From a virus (lineage: Duplodnaviria; Caudoviricetes), in IMG/VR virus record IMGVR_UViG_3300043388_000007, positions 4,034-68,033 of that record: a stretch of DNA of 64,000 bases, one strand, 5' to 3'. Both the position numbers and the translations under genes were made by a program. The notes beneath the pieces are model-generated. The model did no database searches. It was not told where the DNA came from and saw nothing but the letters and a program-made list of their open reading frames with translations. Every line of letters begins with the position of its first letter. Position 1 is the stretch's first letter. This document shows positions 8,578 to 17,914 of this stretch, piece after piece.

Positions 8578-8813
8578 CGTCCGTCTCCCATCTTGTCCTC
8601 CATCCGGTCCAACTGCTCGGCCACGCCGATGAGCAGCTTCTCGATCTCTCGCAGCATCTCTGATTCGGTACGCAGGTCCAGCCCGGCCTTGTCGGGGTCA
8701 ATGCCGCTCATCGTTCTCGTTCTCCCACGAATCAGGGTTGCGGTGATCGTTCCACAACCAGTACAGGCTGGCTCCTACGTAACACACTGAGACCAGGCCG
8801 CCGATGATGTCGG

Positions 8814-9998
8814 TCACGACTCGCTCGACTCGTTGATCAGGTCCCGCAGGGCCTGGAGGTTGTCGGCTGCCTTCTGCGCCCGAAGCTCCGCAGCTTCACG
8901 GTCATCGTTGGCGTAACGCAACTGCTGCTGCGCCTCTTCCACCTGACGCTCGGCGTCGTCCAGTTGGTCGTTGAGGGTGGCGATCTGCTCCCGCAGCACG
9001 TGACCACGGCCCCGGTCTACGAGGGCGGCGATGCGGTCGAGGATCTGATCGGTGTCGAGTTCACCAGCGTCCGAAAGCTCGGTATCGGAGCCACGTACGG
9101 CTTCGACCCGGTGATCGATGATCCAGGTGGCGACCCACTCCGGGTACTCGGGGGCATCAGGACCGAGACCAGCGACGAACGCTGCCGTCATGGCGCCTTC
9201 CAGTTCACGACGCAGGTTGCGGATGCGAATCTTCTTGCGGGGTTCGTGGTCGATGTCCACGCCGTCAACCTCGGGCTGGGGCTGACGACCCTGGCCACGG
9301 TTGTGGCCTGCGTAGTGTGACGCCACCGACCGTGGTGCCTCGTTGACATACTCGCAGTCGGGCCAGGCGCAGCGATAGTCCGTTGTGTTATCGGACCACG
9401 TGCGCTCAGTGACCGCTGGCGACGGGTAGGTGTTGGAGCCGACGCCATCCTTGCGGGGCGAGCCGTGTGCAGTCCACGGCTCCTGACGAAGTATCCTGCG
9501 CTTGCGATGCGTACCTGATGGTGTCTGCTCCGCCTGTTTACCAACATCCGAACGGACACTGGTTTCCGCCGCAGGCGGAGCAGACACCATGGGGGGCGCA
9601 TCGAGCGCTGCCTTGCGCATGACCTGAACCTTCGAGGCCTCTACCTTCAACAGTTCGACCACGTATTCGACCAGAGCGATGGGCATCGCACTGCCACGAC
9701 CGTTCGGGGAGCGGTGACGCATCAATGTGTTCATCCGAGAGCGGAACACCTTGGCGTTGAGACCGGCGTTGGTCGGTACCTCCATGCGAGTGCCATCAGC
9801 AGCCATGAAGACGTAGGCGTTGTGGCGGTGGAACGTCCAGCCCAGCCCGATCGCCATGAACAGGAAGATCTTTGTGTCAACGAAGCGGAACTCGTGAGCC
9901 TGATCAAAGATGGCGTCGTCGTCACCGAAGAACTCGACGGTGTGCATCGTGACGCCAGGCTTGCCGAAGTGTTCAGCGCCAAGGATCTCATCTGACAT
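8814..9998 (-). CDS. Multidomain protein: HicA-like N-terminal region, C2H2 zinc finger, coiled coil
   Basis: GLGWTFHRHNAYVFMAADGTRMEVP; YRCAWPDCEY....VASHYAGH; C-terminal heptad-rich helix; RBS aggag. Confidence 0.7.
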   Translation of the reverse strand: MSDEILGAEHFGKPGVTMHTVEFFGDDDAIFDQAHEFRFVDTKIFLFMAIGLGWTFHRHNAYVFMAADGTRMEVPTNAGLNAKVFRSRMNTLMRHRSPNGRGSAMPIALVEYVVELLKVEASKVQVMRKAALDAPPMVSAPPAAETSVRSDVGKQAEQTPSGTHRKRRILRQEPWTAHGSPRKDGVGSNTYPSPAVTERTWSDNTTDYRCAWPDCEYVNEAPRSVASHYAGHNRGQGRQPQPEVDGVDIDHEPRKKIRIRNLRRELEGAMTAAFVAGLGPDAPEYPEWVATWIIDHRVEAVRGSDTELSDAGELDTDQILDRIAALVDRGRGHVLREQIATLNDQLDDAERQVEEAQQQLRYANDDREAAELRAQKAADNLQALRDLINESSES

Positions 9999-10046
9999 GC
10001 CGTGCTCCTTCTGTTGGTCCGGGGGTTCCTAGCAAGTGGTGAGCAC

Positions 10047-10075
10047 AAGATACCGTATCTTTGCGCATAACACAA
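10047..10075 (-). promoter_or_regulatory. Sigma70-type promoter overlapped by a 7-1-7 palindromic operator
   Basis: Minus strand TTGTGT-17-TATCTT; aagatac-c-gtatctt palindrome at 10047-10061. Confidence 0.55.
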
Positions 10076-10087
10076 CCAGAAACGCAA

Positions 10088-10117
10088 ACAGCCCCTCTAC
10101 CTGGGCAGAGGGGCTGT
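10088..10117 (-). terminator. Intrinsic terminator ending the structural operon
   Basis: acagcccctct / agaggggctgt 11-bp stem followed by ttgcgtttct on the minus strand. Confidence 0.75.
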
Positions 10118-10163
10118 CCTTGTCCCCAGCCGTTCCAGGGGGATCAGACGGATGATGGTGAGA

Positions 10164-11030
10164 TCACACCGACTGGAGAGCCTCCACGATCCGCCTCATC
10201 ACCATGTCAGCGGCAACTGCCGCCACGGCCTCGACGCTGATCTGCACGCCGCCGATGGAGAGACCAGACCCCGAGTCGCTGGAGATGTCGGCGGCAATGG
10301 AAGGGGTGACTTCGGCCTCCGGTGTCTCCGGTGCCGCCTCACCCAAGATGTGGTCGATGTAGGTCTTGGGGCGGGTCCGGGGAGGCAGTGTGATACCCAG
10401 GTTTGCCGCCACCTCCTTCAACTCCCCGAGGTCCATCTCTTCGAGTTCCTCACGGCTGGGCACCTCGGCGGCGGTCTCCTTGGCCGGAGCAGCGGCGGCC
10501 TTCTTGGCGCCTACCTTCTTCGCCGGAGCCTTGGAGGGCTTGGGCGGCTCCTCCGGCTCCGGCTCCTCCGGCTCCCCACCGGAGAGTTCGATCTCCACCA
10601 TGCCGTCGTTGAGCACGAAGCCCTTGAACCCTGCGTCGTTGGCGGCCTGCACCGTGGTGTTGAGCCAGCGGTCTTCCTCGGCCTCGGAGTCGTCCGACAC
10701 GTAGAGCGCCAACACGTCGGCGTCCTCGCCTTCCTCCGGGCTGTTGTTGAGCAGGTTCACGACCTTGCGGGCCAACTGCTTGGCCACGTGGGTGTTCTGC
10801 GACTGCGTGTAGATGTCGGCCATGGCGTCGGCATCGTCGGTCAGGACCTCGTAGTAGATCTCGTTGGTGTGGAGGAACTTGACGATGTTCTTGTCGGTGG
10901 CGGTCGGCTCCGACTTGCCCTGGACGACGAACCAGAAGGCCTCCTCCCCGGCTTGCTCCCACAGATCCTTGAGGGTTTCGGAGAGTTCCTTCTGGGTCAT
11001 CTCCCCGTCACCCAGTACAACATGCATCAC
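10164..11030 (-). CDS. Acidic protein with a Rho-N/SAP-like helical DNA-binding motif
   Basis: PSREELEEMDLGELKEVAANLGI motif after a Pro/Lys/Ala linker. Confidence 0.7.
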   Translation of the reverse strand: MMHVVLGDGEMTQKELSETLKDLWEQAGEEAFWFVVQGKSEPTATDKNIVKFLHTNEIYYEVLTDDADAMADIYTQSQNTHVAKQLARKVVNLLNNSPEEGEDADVLALYVSDDSEAEEDRWLNTTVQAANDAGFKGFVLNDGMVEIELSGGEPEEPEPEEPPKPSKAPAKKVGAKKAAAAPAKETAAEVPSREELEEMDLGELKEVAANLGITLPPRTRPKTYIDHILGEAAPETPEAEVTPSIAADISSDSGSGLSIGGVQISVEAVAAVAADMVMRRIVEALQSV

Positions 11031-11041
11031 GACACGTACTC

Positions 11042-11305
11042 CTATCTGCTGTTTCTCTGCTGGCGAAGGACGGCCAACCTAGTCCAGTCGGTTGATACCA
11101 ACAAGAGATCGTTGACCTTCATCAGCATCACTGCCAGACCCCCGAGGCCGAACCCCAGCCACCAGCGATGGTAGTCGATGAGACACTGACCGCCGACGCC
11201 AAGCACCAGCGGGAGCAGGAGCCAGAACAGCCGGTTGGCCTCGAAGTACTCAGCGAGGATGCTCCAGAGTGCCCAGACGCCGAGGGCAACGAGGAAGTAG
11301 ACCAT
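11042..11305 (-). CDS. Small membrane protein (possible holin)
   Basis: 2-3 TM helices and a basic C-terminus, at the end of the tail operon. Confidence 0.6.
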   Translation of the reverse strand: MVYFLVALGVWALWSILAEYFEANRLFWLLLPLVLGVGGQCLIDYHRWWLGFGLGGLAVMLMKVNDLLLVSTDWTRLAVLRQQRNSR

Positions 11306-11314
11306 CCCCGGACT

Positions 11315-12694
11315 CTAGGGCCAGGGGTTGATCACCCCGTCGAGGTCAGCGAGCACGTCCACCCGATACGGCAGTACGCCAGCGGGCTTGGGCGGCACCG
11401 AGGCCATGATGTCGTTGGGGTGGAGCACGTCGATGTGGGCCACGACGAACGTGCCAGCCGGGACCCAGCGGTACACGAACCCCTGAGCGGCCATCACCTC
11501 GTCGGTGATCAACGTGTCGTCGCTGATGTCCCTGGAGAACAGGCGGCCGTAGAGCGCCCGCTTGTTGTTATACCAGAAGGAGTACGACGCTCCCCGGTTG
11601 GCGCTGCCGCCATACCAGGAGTAGTCGTCACGGGCGCCGTAGGTGCTGTCGCCGTCGAAGTAGGCCCACTCCCGGAGGTAGCCCTTCTCGCAGAGCACGT
11701 TGTCGATTGTGATATCACCACCATCGCACTCGATGCGCACCATGCCCTGAAATGTCTGGACCGGGTTGCGGCAGGCGGCGATGTGGATGAAGCCATCGGG
11801 CTGGAGCGTCCAGGTCTCGGTGCCCCAGTCCACCGACGTTTCCTCGAAGGCATCGTCCCACCACACGAAGCCGACCTTGACCTGTCCCGTCCCCTTGGCC
11901 AGGAACTGCACCGTCCAGAACTCCTCCCGGTAGGTGGGGAAGGTGTTGGACTCAGCGACCACCGTGCCGCCGCCGACGAACTGACCGGCCCACGCTCCCT
12001 GGTTCGGCACCGGGTTGGTGACACCCACCCTGGTGATCGCACCGTTGGTGGACCAGTAGTCGGTGCCCGGCTTCTCGAAGCTCGGGTTGGCCACCATGTT
12101 GGCCCGCTGCGGGTAGAGCCACACATGCTGAGTATGTGAAGGCTCGAAGGTTGGCGCCCCGACGTAGAGCACCAGCGGCCCCTCGACCAGTGACGTGATG
12201 GTGGTGCTCCCGCTGGGAGCGTCGGCCCAGGAGAGCATCCACTTCTTCGAGGCCCCGACGATGCTCTGGTCATCAACGGCGGTGATGCCGTCACCGTCAC
12301 TCACCACCTGGGTCACCCCGAACGGGGTGTCGGTGATGAGAATGATCGGATCGGTGACACCACCGAGGGTGCCGACGTACTGCACCGCCGCCGCTGCCAC
12401 CTCGGCCTGGCCCATACCGGTGAACGGGAACTGCGTGAACATCACGTAGTGGTTGAGGCCCACATCGAGGACGCCCACCGAGAGAGTGCCAGCCAGCGGG
12501 TAGCCGGTGGCGCTGGCCTCCAGCCAGCCGGAGGTCGCCAGAAGACTCGCTTTGGTTGTGATACCTGTGTATCGACTGTCTCCGTTGCTGAAGGTCGGCG
12601 CCTGCCTGAAGAGCACCAGCTTCAGGGTGGCGGTGTCCATGATCGTGGGGTCGTCCGACAACTCGGTGCGGAACAGGTCGGTGAAGACGTTCAT
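11315..12694 (-). CDS. Tail/baseplate protein with carbohydrate-binding-like domain
   Basis: NMVANPSFEKPGTDYWST (CBM4/9-like) ... DNVLCEKG..EWAYFDGD. Confidence 0.75.
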   Translation of the reverse strand: MNVFTDLFRTELSDDPTIMDTATLKLVLFRQAPTFSNGDSRYTGITTKASLLATSGWLEASATGYPLAGTLSVGVLDVGLNHYVMFTQFPFTGMGQAEVAAAAVQYVGTLGGVTDPIILITDTPFGVTQVVSDGDGITAVDDQSIVGASKKWMLSWADAPSGSTTITSLVEGPLVLYVGAPTFEPSHTQHVWLYPQRANMVANPSFEKPGTDYWSTNGAITRVGVTNPVPNQGAWAGQFVGGGTVVAESNTFPTYREEFWTVQFLAKGTGQVKVGFVWWDDAFEETSVDWGTETWTLQPDGFIHIAACRNPVQTFQGMVRIECDGGDITIDNVLCEKGYLREWAYFDGDSTYGARDDYSWYGGSANRGASYSFWYNNKRALYGRLFSRDISDDTLITDEVMAAQGFVYRWVPAGTFVVAHIDVLHPNDIMASVPPKPAGVLPYRVDVLADLDGVINPWP

Positions 12695-14295
12695 TCAGGA
12701 CTCCCCAACAGGTAGCCAGTGGTGTCCGGGTGGAGCGGATCGTAGGCACCGATCAACTCAGCCGGGTCACCCATCGTGAGATACTTGTCAGGTGGCGTCA
12801 CGCTGATCGACGTGCCAGCGGTGTCGATGAGGTAGGCCAGCGCCCCGGCGATGTCCACGAAGGCCGAGCGAGTGGTGTGCGCCCCCGCTACCCGTGACGT
12901 GAAGTAGAGCGCCGGGATCATGTAGATGGCGTCTGGGGGGGCGATGGCCTGTACGACACGTTCGTGCCAGGCGGTGTCCGGGTTGGCCGAGGCCAAGCCA
13001 TCGGAGTGGTCGAGGTAGTCGGTGGGCTGGCCGCCAGCACCGAACCACAGCAGCACGGCCTGGATGGTGGCCGAGGTTTCGTGCTTCACCTGGATGGCGA
13101 AGCCGTAGGAGTTGCCGGGATCGACGGGGATACCGGAGTACAGCGGGATGATCTCACGTGCCGGTGCCACTGGGTCGGTGGTCGCCAGAAGCTCACCATC
13201 ACCCACGGTGATGATGAAGTTGGCCGTCTCGGTGGCCTTGGTGGTGTCCACCCTGGCCGACCCCTTGCCGTAGTTGGCTGGCGGTGCCGTGGCCGGTGAG
13301 GCGATGAACACCTGGGCCGAGGTGAGCCTGTCGAAGTCCGGCTCCACGGTGGAGTGATGGATCGTCGCCCAGTTGCCGGTGCCGTGGGAGAACTCGGAGT
13401 CGTCGGGGAGCATCATGATGTTGGCGCCCAGCGTGATATCACACTGCCACTTGGAGCCGGTCTCCACCACCTGCTTGAGGGCCACCGGGGTGCCACGCAT
13501 CAGCAGCATGTCGGGCAGCCCAGCGATCATCGCCCGGTACCTGATGTCACCTACGCCTGACTTGTAGGGCACGCCGAAGTTGGCGCCCACCTCCTTGAGC
13601 AGGGCCGCTGGTGACTTGTCGATGTGATACACCTCCTGCCACTGCTCGACGTACTCACGGGTGAGGTCAAGCTCGAAGCCGAAGATGGAGAGGAACTGGC
13701 GCAGCGGCCCGTTGCCCTCTCGGAGGTTGGAGTCGGTGGTCTGGTAGAAGGGCGGCACCGTGTTCCACAGGTGGGCGCTGTGATGGTGGTTGCGTGGGAT
13801 CAGAGCCTGGCCCGACATGCCCACGATCCAGTCGTAGGGCGTGGTCTTGAAGAACAGCGTGTAGTAGTAGAACTGGCCCGGCTGGAGCGGACGGTCGTAG
13901 ACCACCGGGGGTGGCACAGCGATGTCGCCGTCGTCGTTGGTGAAGTCCGTCTTGAGCGCACGGAACACCGTCTGGCCGTCGTTGGGTGTGACCGGGTGGC
14001 CGAAGCCCGAGCGGACCAGCGCCACCTCCGACCACGTTTCCTCGATGTCCACCGGCCAGCCCCAGGCGATCTCAGCGGTGGCGTAGTCGAAGGGACGCAC
14101 GGCCAGGAACGCCTTGTTGGTGGCGGCGTCGAAGCCCTCTGTGGTAGTCGGGTATCGCAGTGCGGTGTGCGGCAGCGTCGAGACCGACGAGCCACGCACG
14201 TAGTCGCCACCCTCCTCGACGCCGAAGACCGAGCGCTGGGTGACGAAGGCGGGGTCCTGGTAGCCGGGAGGCCACCAGGGGCGTGTGTCACTCAC
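12691..14295 (-). CDS. Baseplate wedge protein (P2 gpI / tail protein I-like) with CBM-like C-terminus
   Basis: PLRQFLSIFGFELD...ALLKEVGANFG...RYRAMI...RGTPVAL; follows baseplate J. Confidence 0.8.
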   Translation of the reverse strand: MSDTRPWWPPGYQDPAFVTQRSVFGVEEGGDYVRGSSVSTLPHTALRYPTTTEGFDAATNKAFLAVRPFDYATAEIAWGWPVDIEETWSEVALVRSGFGHPVTPNDGQTVFRALKTDFTNDDGDIAVPPPVVYDRPLQPGQFYYYTLFFKTTPYDWIVGMSGQALIPRNHHHSAHLWNTVPPFYQTTDSNLREGNGPLRQFLSIFGFELDLTREYVEQWQEVYHIDKSPAALLKEVGANFGVPYKSGVGDIRYRAMIAGLPDMLLMRGTPVALKQVVETGSKWQCDITLGANIMMLPDDSEFSHGTGNWATIHHSTVEPDFDRLTSAQVFIASPATAPPANYGKGSARVDTTKATETANFIITVGDGELLATTDPVAPAREIIPLYSGIPVDPGNSYGFAIQVKHETSATIQAVLLWFGAGGQPTDYLDHSDGLASANPDTAWHERVVQAIAPPDAIYMIPALYFTSRVAGAHTTRSAFVDIAGALAYLIDTAGTSISVTPPDKYLTMGDPAELIGAYDPLHPDTTGYLLGSPE

Positions 14296-15962
14296 GTCCC
14301 CACCACCCCACCGACTGCCCAGATCCACAGGCCGTCGTGCGTTCGCTCTTCTTCGGTGAGGCCGGGGAAGTCCACCTCGGTCTCGACCACCGGGTCAGCA
14401 TCCGAGCCGTCGATCATGGGGATCAGCAGCGGGTCCACGGCCACGTCGTTGACGGTGCCAGCAGTGGGGGTGGGGTTGCCGGTGATCGGCGCCATGTCCT
14501 GGTCGTCGGAGAGGGTCGGCGCTGCGTCATCGAGCCACATCAACTGCACGTACTCGACACCTTGCACCGCCAGGGCGGTCCGGTAGATCTTGCCGATCGA
14601 CACCAGGGTGCCGAAGTCAACCAGGTCGAAGCTCAAGGTCTTGCGGATGATCGCCTCCACCTGGAGACGCACCGACGTGCGGTTGAAGCCCGAGAGAACG
14701 TGCACGACCATGCGCAGCCACGTGGGGGACCACAGGTCATCGATGTCTTCCGGCTCGGCGTACACCGTGGAGCCGACGATGATCTTGTCCTTCATGTAGT
14801 CCTCGACCGAGGCGCAGAGGAACGTCATGTACTCGGTGGTGGCCTTGCCGCCCTGGGGTGCGATGCGCACGTGCACGGCGGTGTAGATGGTGCCGTGGGC
14901 CACGCTCTTGGACACACCGGGCACCTGGAGGGCGAGGTCGGCGTAGTCGTTGAGGGTGACGGCCCGGCTCTTGATGCGAGCAGCGGCTCGGGGGATCGAG
15001 GCCCGCATGGCGTCCACCGTCTCGGGGTCGGTACCACCGAGCGGCGACGCAGCGTTGCGCACCGAGACACCCCACAGGTCGGTGTTGGGAGGCACCGAGG
15101 CCGCAGCGATGTTGACCAGGGAGTCGGGCGCCAGGTCGTTGGCCCTGGCCCCCACGCCGTAGCGGTAGCTCACGAAGAGGTTGGCCTGCACCGGAGGGAT
15201 GCGCCCGGCAGCGTTGTCACCGAAGAGCAGGTGGGTGGACCCCTCGTCATCGAGGAAGGTGGTGAACACCGCCTGGGTGGGCCGAGCTAGTGAGATATCA
15301 CTGACGAAGCTCCAGGGCAGGGTGGCCCCCGACTCTTCGGTGGTGACGCTCACCGAGTTGAACACCACTCCCTTGTGGGCCAGCACGTACTCGGCGTTGG
15401 GGATGCCCAGGCTGGCCGCCAGCAAGATGCTGTCCACCGACACACCCTCGGTGGCGAAGGCCGAGCCGGTGAGGATCGGGGCGCCCACATCGGGGTCCAG
15501 CGTGACGGCCTGGTTCAACTCGAACACGATGAGGTCGTTGGCGTCGGCGGCGTCGTTGTAGACCCGGCAGCCGATCGGCAAGGTCACCGCCTCGACAGCA
15601 TTGGAGTCCATCGTGAAGTCGAGCAGAACGCTGGCCGCCTGCTGCCCGATAGGGCGGTATCCGAGCATGTCTGCGATGTAGAGGATGCTCTGGCGTCGAA
15701 CTGCTGTTCCCAAGAACGCCTCGGAGGCCGTGCGGTCGATGTAGAAGTTGAGGACATCGCCCATGTAGGCGTACAACTCCAGCAGCAGGGTGCCGAAGTC
15801 ACCGGTCTCACCGACTGTCTGCCACTCGGGCATGATCCCTCGGGCCAGCCCCACCAGTTGCGCACGGATGGCGGTGAAGTCCCGGTTGGTGTAGTCGAGG
15901 ACGACACGAGAGTTGAACTCGTCGGCGTCCTCGATCGTGACGAGGATTCCTGTATCGCTCAA
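14292..15962 (-). CDS. Baseplate J-like wedge protein (T4 gp6-like)
   Basis: DYTNRDFTAIR, DFGTLLLELYAYMGDVLNFYIDR, GGTDPETVD, RAVTLNDY. Confidence 0.92.
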   Translation of the reverse strand: MSDTGILVTIEDADEFNSRVVLDYTNRDFTAIRAQLVGLARGIMPEWQTVGETGDFGTLLLELYAYMGDVLNFYIDRTASEAFLGTAVRRQSILYIADMLGYRPIGQQAASVLLDFTMDSNAVEAVTLPIGCRVYNDAADANDLIVFELNQAVTLDPDVGAPILTGSAFATEGVSVDSILLAASLGIPNAEYVLAHKGVVFNSVSVTTEESGATLPWSFVSDISLARPTQAVFTTFLDDEGSTHLLFGDNAAGRIPPVQANLFVSYRYGVGARANDLAPDSLVNIAAASVPPNTDLWGVSVRNAASPLGGTDPETVDAMRASIPRAAARIKSRAVTLNDYADLALQVPGVSKSVAHGTIYTAVHVRIAPQGGKATTEYMTFLCASVEDYMKDKIIVGSTVYAEPEDIDDLWSPTWLRMVVHVLSGFNRTSVRLQVEAIIRKTLSFDLVDFGTLVSIGKIYRTALAVQGVEYVQLMWLDDAAPTLSDDQDMAPITGNPTPTAGTVNDVAVDPLLIPMIDGSDADPVVETEVDFPGLTEEERTHDGLWIWAVGGVVGT

Positions 15963-16402
15963 GTCTGGTCCTCCTGTATCGAGCGCTGGCGGGTGACGAA
16001 CTCAGACGAGGTTGGCACGCTGAGTGTCGTGTCGGTGGCATACAGCGATGAGCGGTAGACCACGCTGATGACCACGGCCGACTCCATGGCTCCGGTGAAC
16101 ACCGTCTCGGCACCGGCCCGAGAATCTTCGATGTTCATGGTCACATTGCGCACCATCGCTCGACTTACCAGTTGGGTGAGCCGGTTCTTGATGATCGAGG
16201 CCCCGTCCTTGCGGGCCAGTTCGTCCTGGGGATCGAACAGCGCAGCCTGGATATCACACCCGTAGCGAGGCCGCATGACCCGCTCGCCCTGGTTCGTCAT
16301 GAGGGCATCGATCACCTGACCCCGCACAACCTCGTCGTAGTTGGTGGTGGCGGAGAGCTTGCCGCTCAGGTCCACCTGGAAGGGGTATTTCAGCGCTATC
16401 AT
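15959..16402 (-). CDS. Baseplate wedge gp25/GPW-like protein
   Basis: ALMTNQGERVMRPRYGCDI. Confidence 0.9.
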   Translation of the reverse strand: MIALKYPFQVDLSGKLSATTNYDEVVRGQVIDALMTNQGERVMRPRYGCDIQAALFDPQDELARKDGASIIKNRLTQLVSRAMVRNVTMNIEDSRAGAETVFTGAMESAVVISVVYRSSLYATDTTLSVPTSSEFVTRQRSIQEDQT

Positions 16403-17577
16403 AATACGTCACTCACTGTCGGGTTGGTCCAGGACGACTTCCAGACCTCGTTCTGGAGCGACAGGGTGGGCCGGGCCTTCCCGGCCACTTCCCAGAACGA
16501 GCGATATGGGTCCTGCGTGATGGGAGCGGTGCTCGACGGACGCACCAGCGATAGCTGGGTCTGGAACTGCTGCACGTCCATGTGATGGCCCACCGCCTGC
16601 ACCAGCCACCGACCGTCGAACTTCTGCCGGAGGTAGCGAGTGTTCGAGGTCACCACGTCCACGCACATGCCGGGGTAGATGTCGGAGTCGCCCCACATGC
16701 GAGCATCAGCCGACTGATCCCAGGAGGATGGCCGTGAGGACTCACCGTTGGCGTAGATGTCGGCCTCTTCGGCGCCGTTGACGCAGAAGTTGGTGACGAA
16801 CTTGTAGCGCTTGAACGTCCCGAACTGCTTGGTCACCTGCACATCACCGTTGTCGGTGAAGTAGGCGATCTGGAAGCCGTAGTTGGAGGGCACCGACTTC
16901 GACTTCTCCTGGGGGTTGAACTCGATCAGGCGGCGGTCGAAGGTGGGATCGAAGTCAGCCTGGTCCTGGGCCGAGACCAACGTGGTGTAAACCCCCTGGT
17001 CCTTGTGCAGCTTGGCCGGGTCGTAACACATCACGACGCCGTAGCGGGAGAAGATCGACCAGCCGAGACGGTCAGCAAGGTTGTTGGCCATCGTCCAGTC
17101 GCTCTCGTCGGTCTGCGCCAGAGCAGGCCACAGGTAGGTGCTGTCGTGGCTGTGGAAGCCGAGAGCGTTGGTGTAAGCCAGGGCCTGCACCGCCGAGGGA
17201 ACGTTCTTCGAGCGCCAGAAACGAGGGCGGCCAGCCTGCATCGGCTGAGTGGAGGCCATCACGTCCAGCGTGAAGTTGATGTTGCCCTTGCCGACCTCGA
17301 CCTCTTCCACGTTGACGATGTAGCCGCAGAACAGTTCGGTGCGAGGAGCCTGGCCCCAGTAGAAGGCGATGGTCGAGTTGAGCATGCCGTCCGTGGTCGT
17401 CAGTTCGGTGGAGGTGCACTTGAGCATGGCCGAGTCGTGCTGACCAGCACCGAGCAAGAAGGTGGCCTCCTGCACGGTGATGGGGAAGTCCTCCCCGTTC
17501 ATCTGGGGACGGAAGATGGGGGTCCGTCCCCTCGTTGCACGGTAGGTCGGACTGCTCAGCAGGTCGGTCAGTGACAT
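16399..17577 (-). CDS. Baseplate hub protein (gp27/VgrG-like)
   Basis: LAQTDESDWTMANNLADRLG; PGMCVDV...DGRWLVQAVGH; position between LysM and gp25 genes. Confidence 0.82.
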   Translation of the reverse strand: MSLTDLLSSPTYRATRGRTPIFRPQMNGEDFPITVQEATFLLGAGQHDSAMLKCTSTELTTTDGMLNSTIAFYWGQAPRTELFCGYIVNVEEVEVGKGNINFTLDVMASTQPMQAGRPRFWRSKNVPSAVQALAYTNALGFHSHDSTYLWPALAQTDESDWTMANNLADRLGWSIFSRYGVVMCYDPAKLHKDQGVYTTLVSAQDQADFDPTFDRRLIEFNPQEKSKSVPSNYGFQIAYFTDNGDVQVTKQFGTFKRYKFVTNFCVNGAEEADIYANGESSRPSSWDQSADARMWGDSDIYPGMCVDVVTSNTRYLRQKFDGRWLVQAVGHHMDVQQFQTQLSLVRPSSTAPITQDPYRSFWEVAGKARPTLSLQNEVWKSSWTNPTVSDVL

Positions 17578-17578
17578 A

Positions 17579-17914
17579 TCAACTCGGGATCTTGATGTAG
17601 CTCCCCGCCGACATGTCCAGCGGATACCAGAGTTGCGGGTTGACCTCAGCGATCTCCCACCACCGAGTCGAGTCCTCCATGAACTTGTAGGCCAGCAGCG
17701 GCATGTGCTCGTCCTGCTTGGCGTAGTACTCAGCGGGCGGGGGAGGTGGAGCAGGCAGCACGTTGAGCAGGTAGGTGGCCTGCACCGACGAGCGCACGAA
17801 GTGAATGTTGCCGGTCACGTCTTCCATCAGCGGGTGGCCGTACTGGTCGTAGTAGTGCCGGATCACGAAGTTCTTCTCGGCCTCTTCGTATCGTGACCCT
17901 GGTTGGATGCTCAT
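17579..17914 (-). CDS. LysM/tail-X-like baseplate protein
   Basis: LAYKFMEDSTRWWEIAEVNP......G..IKIP. Confidence 0.85.
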   Translation of the reverse strand: MSIQPGSRYEEAEKNFVIRHYYDQYGHPLMEDVTGNIHFVRSSVQATYLLNVLPAPPPPPAEYYAKQDEHMPLLAYKFMEDSTRWWEIAEVNPQLWYPLDMSAGSYIKIPS

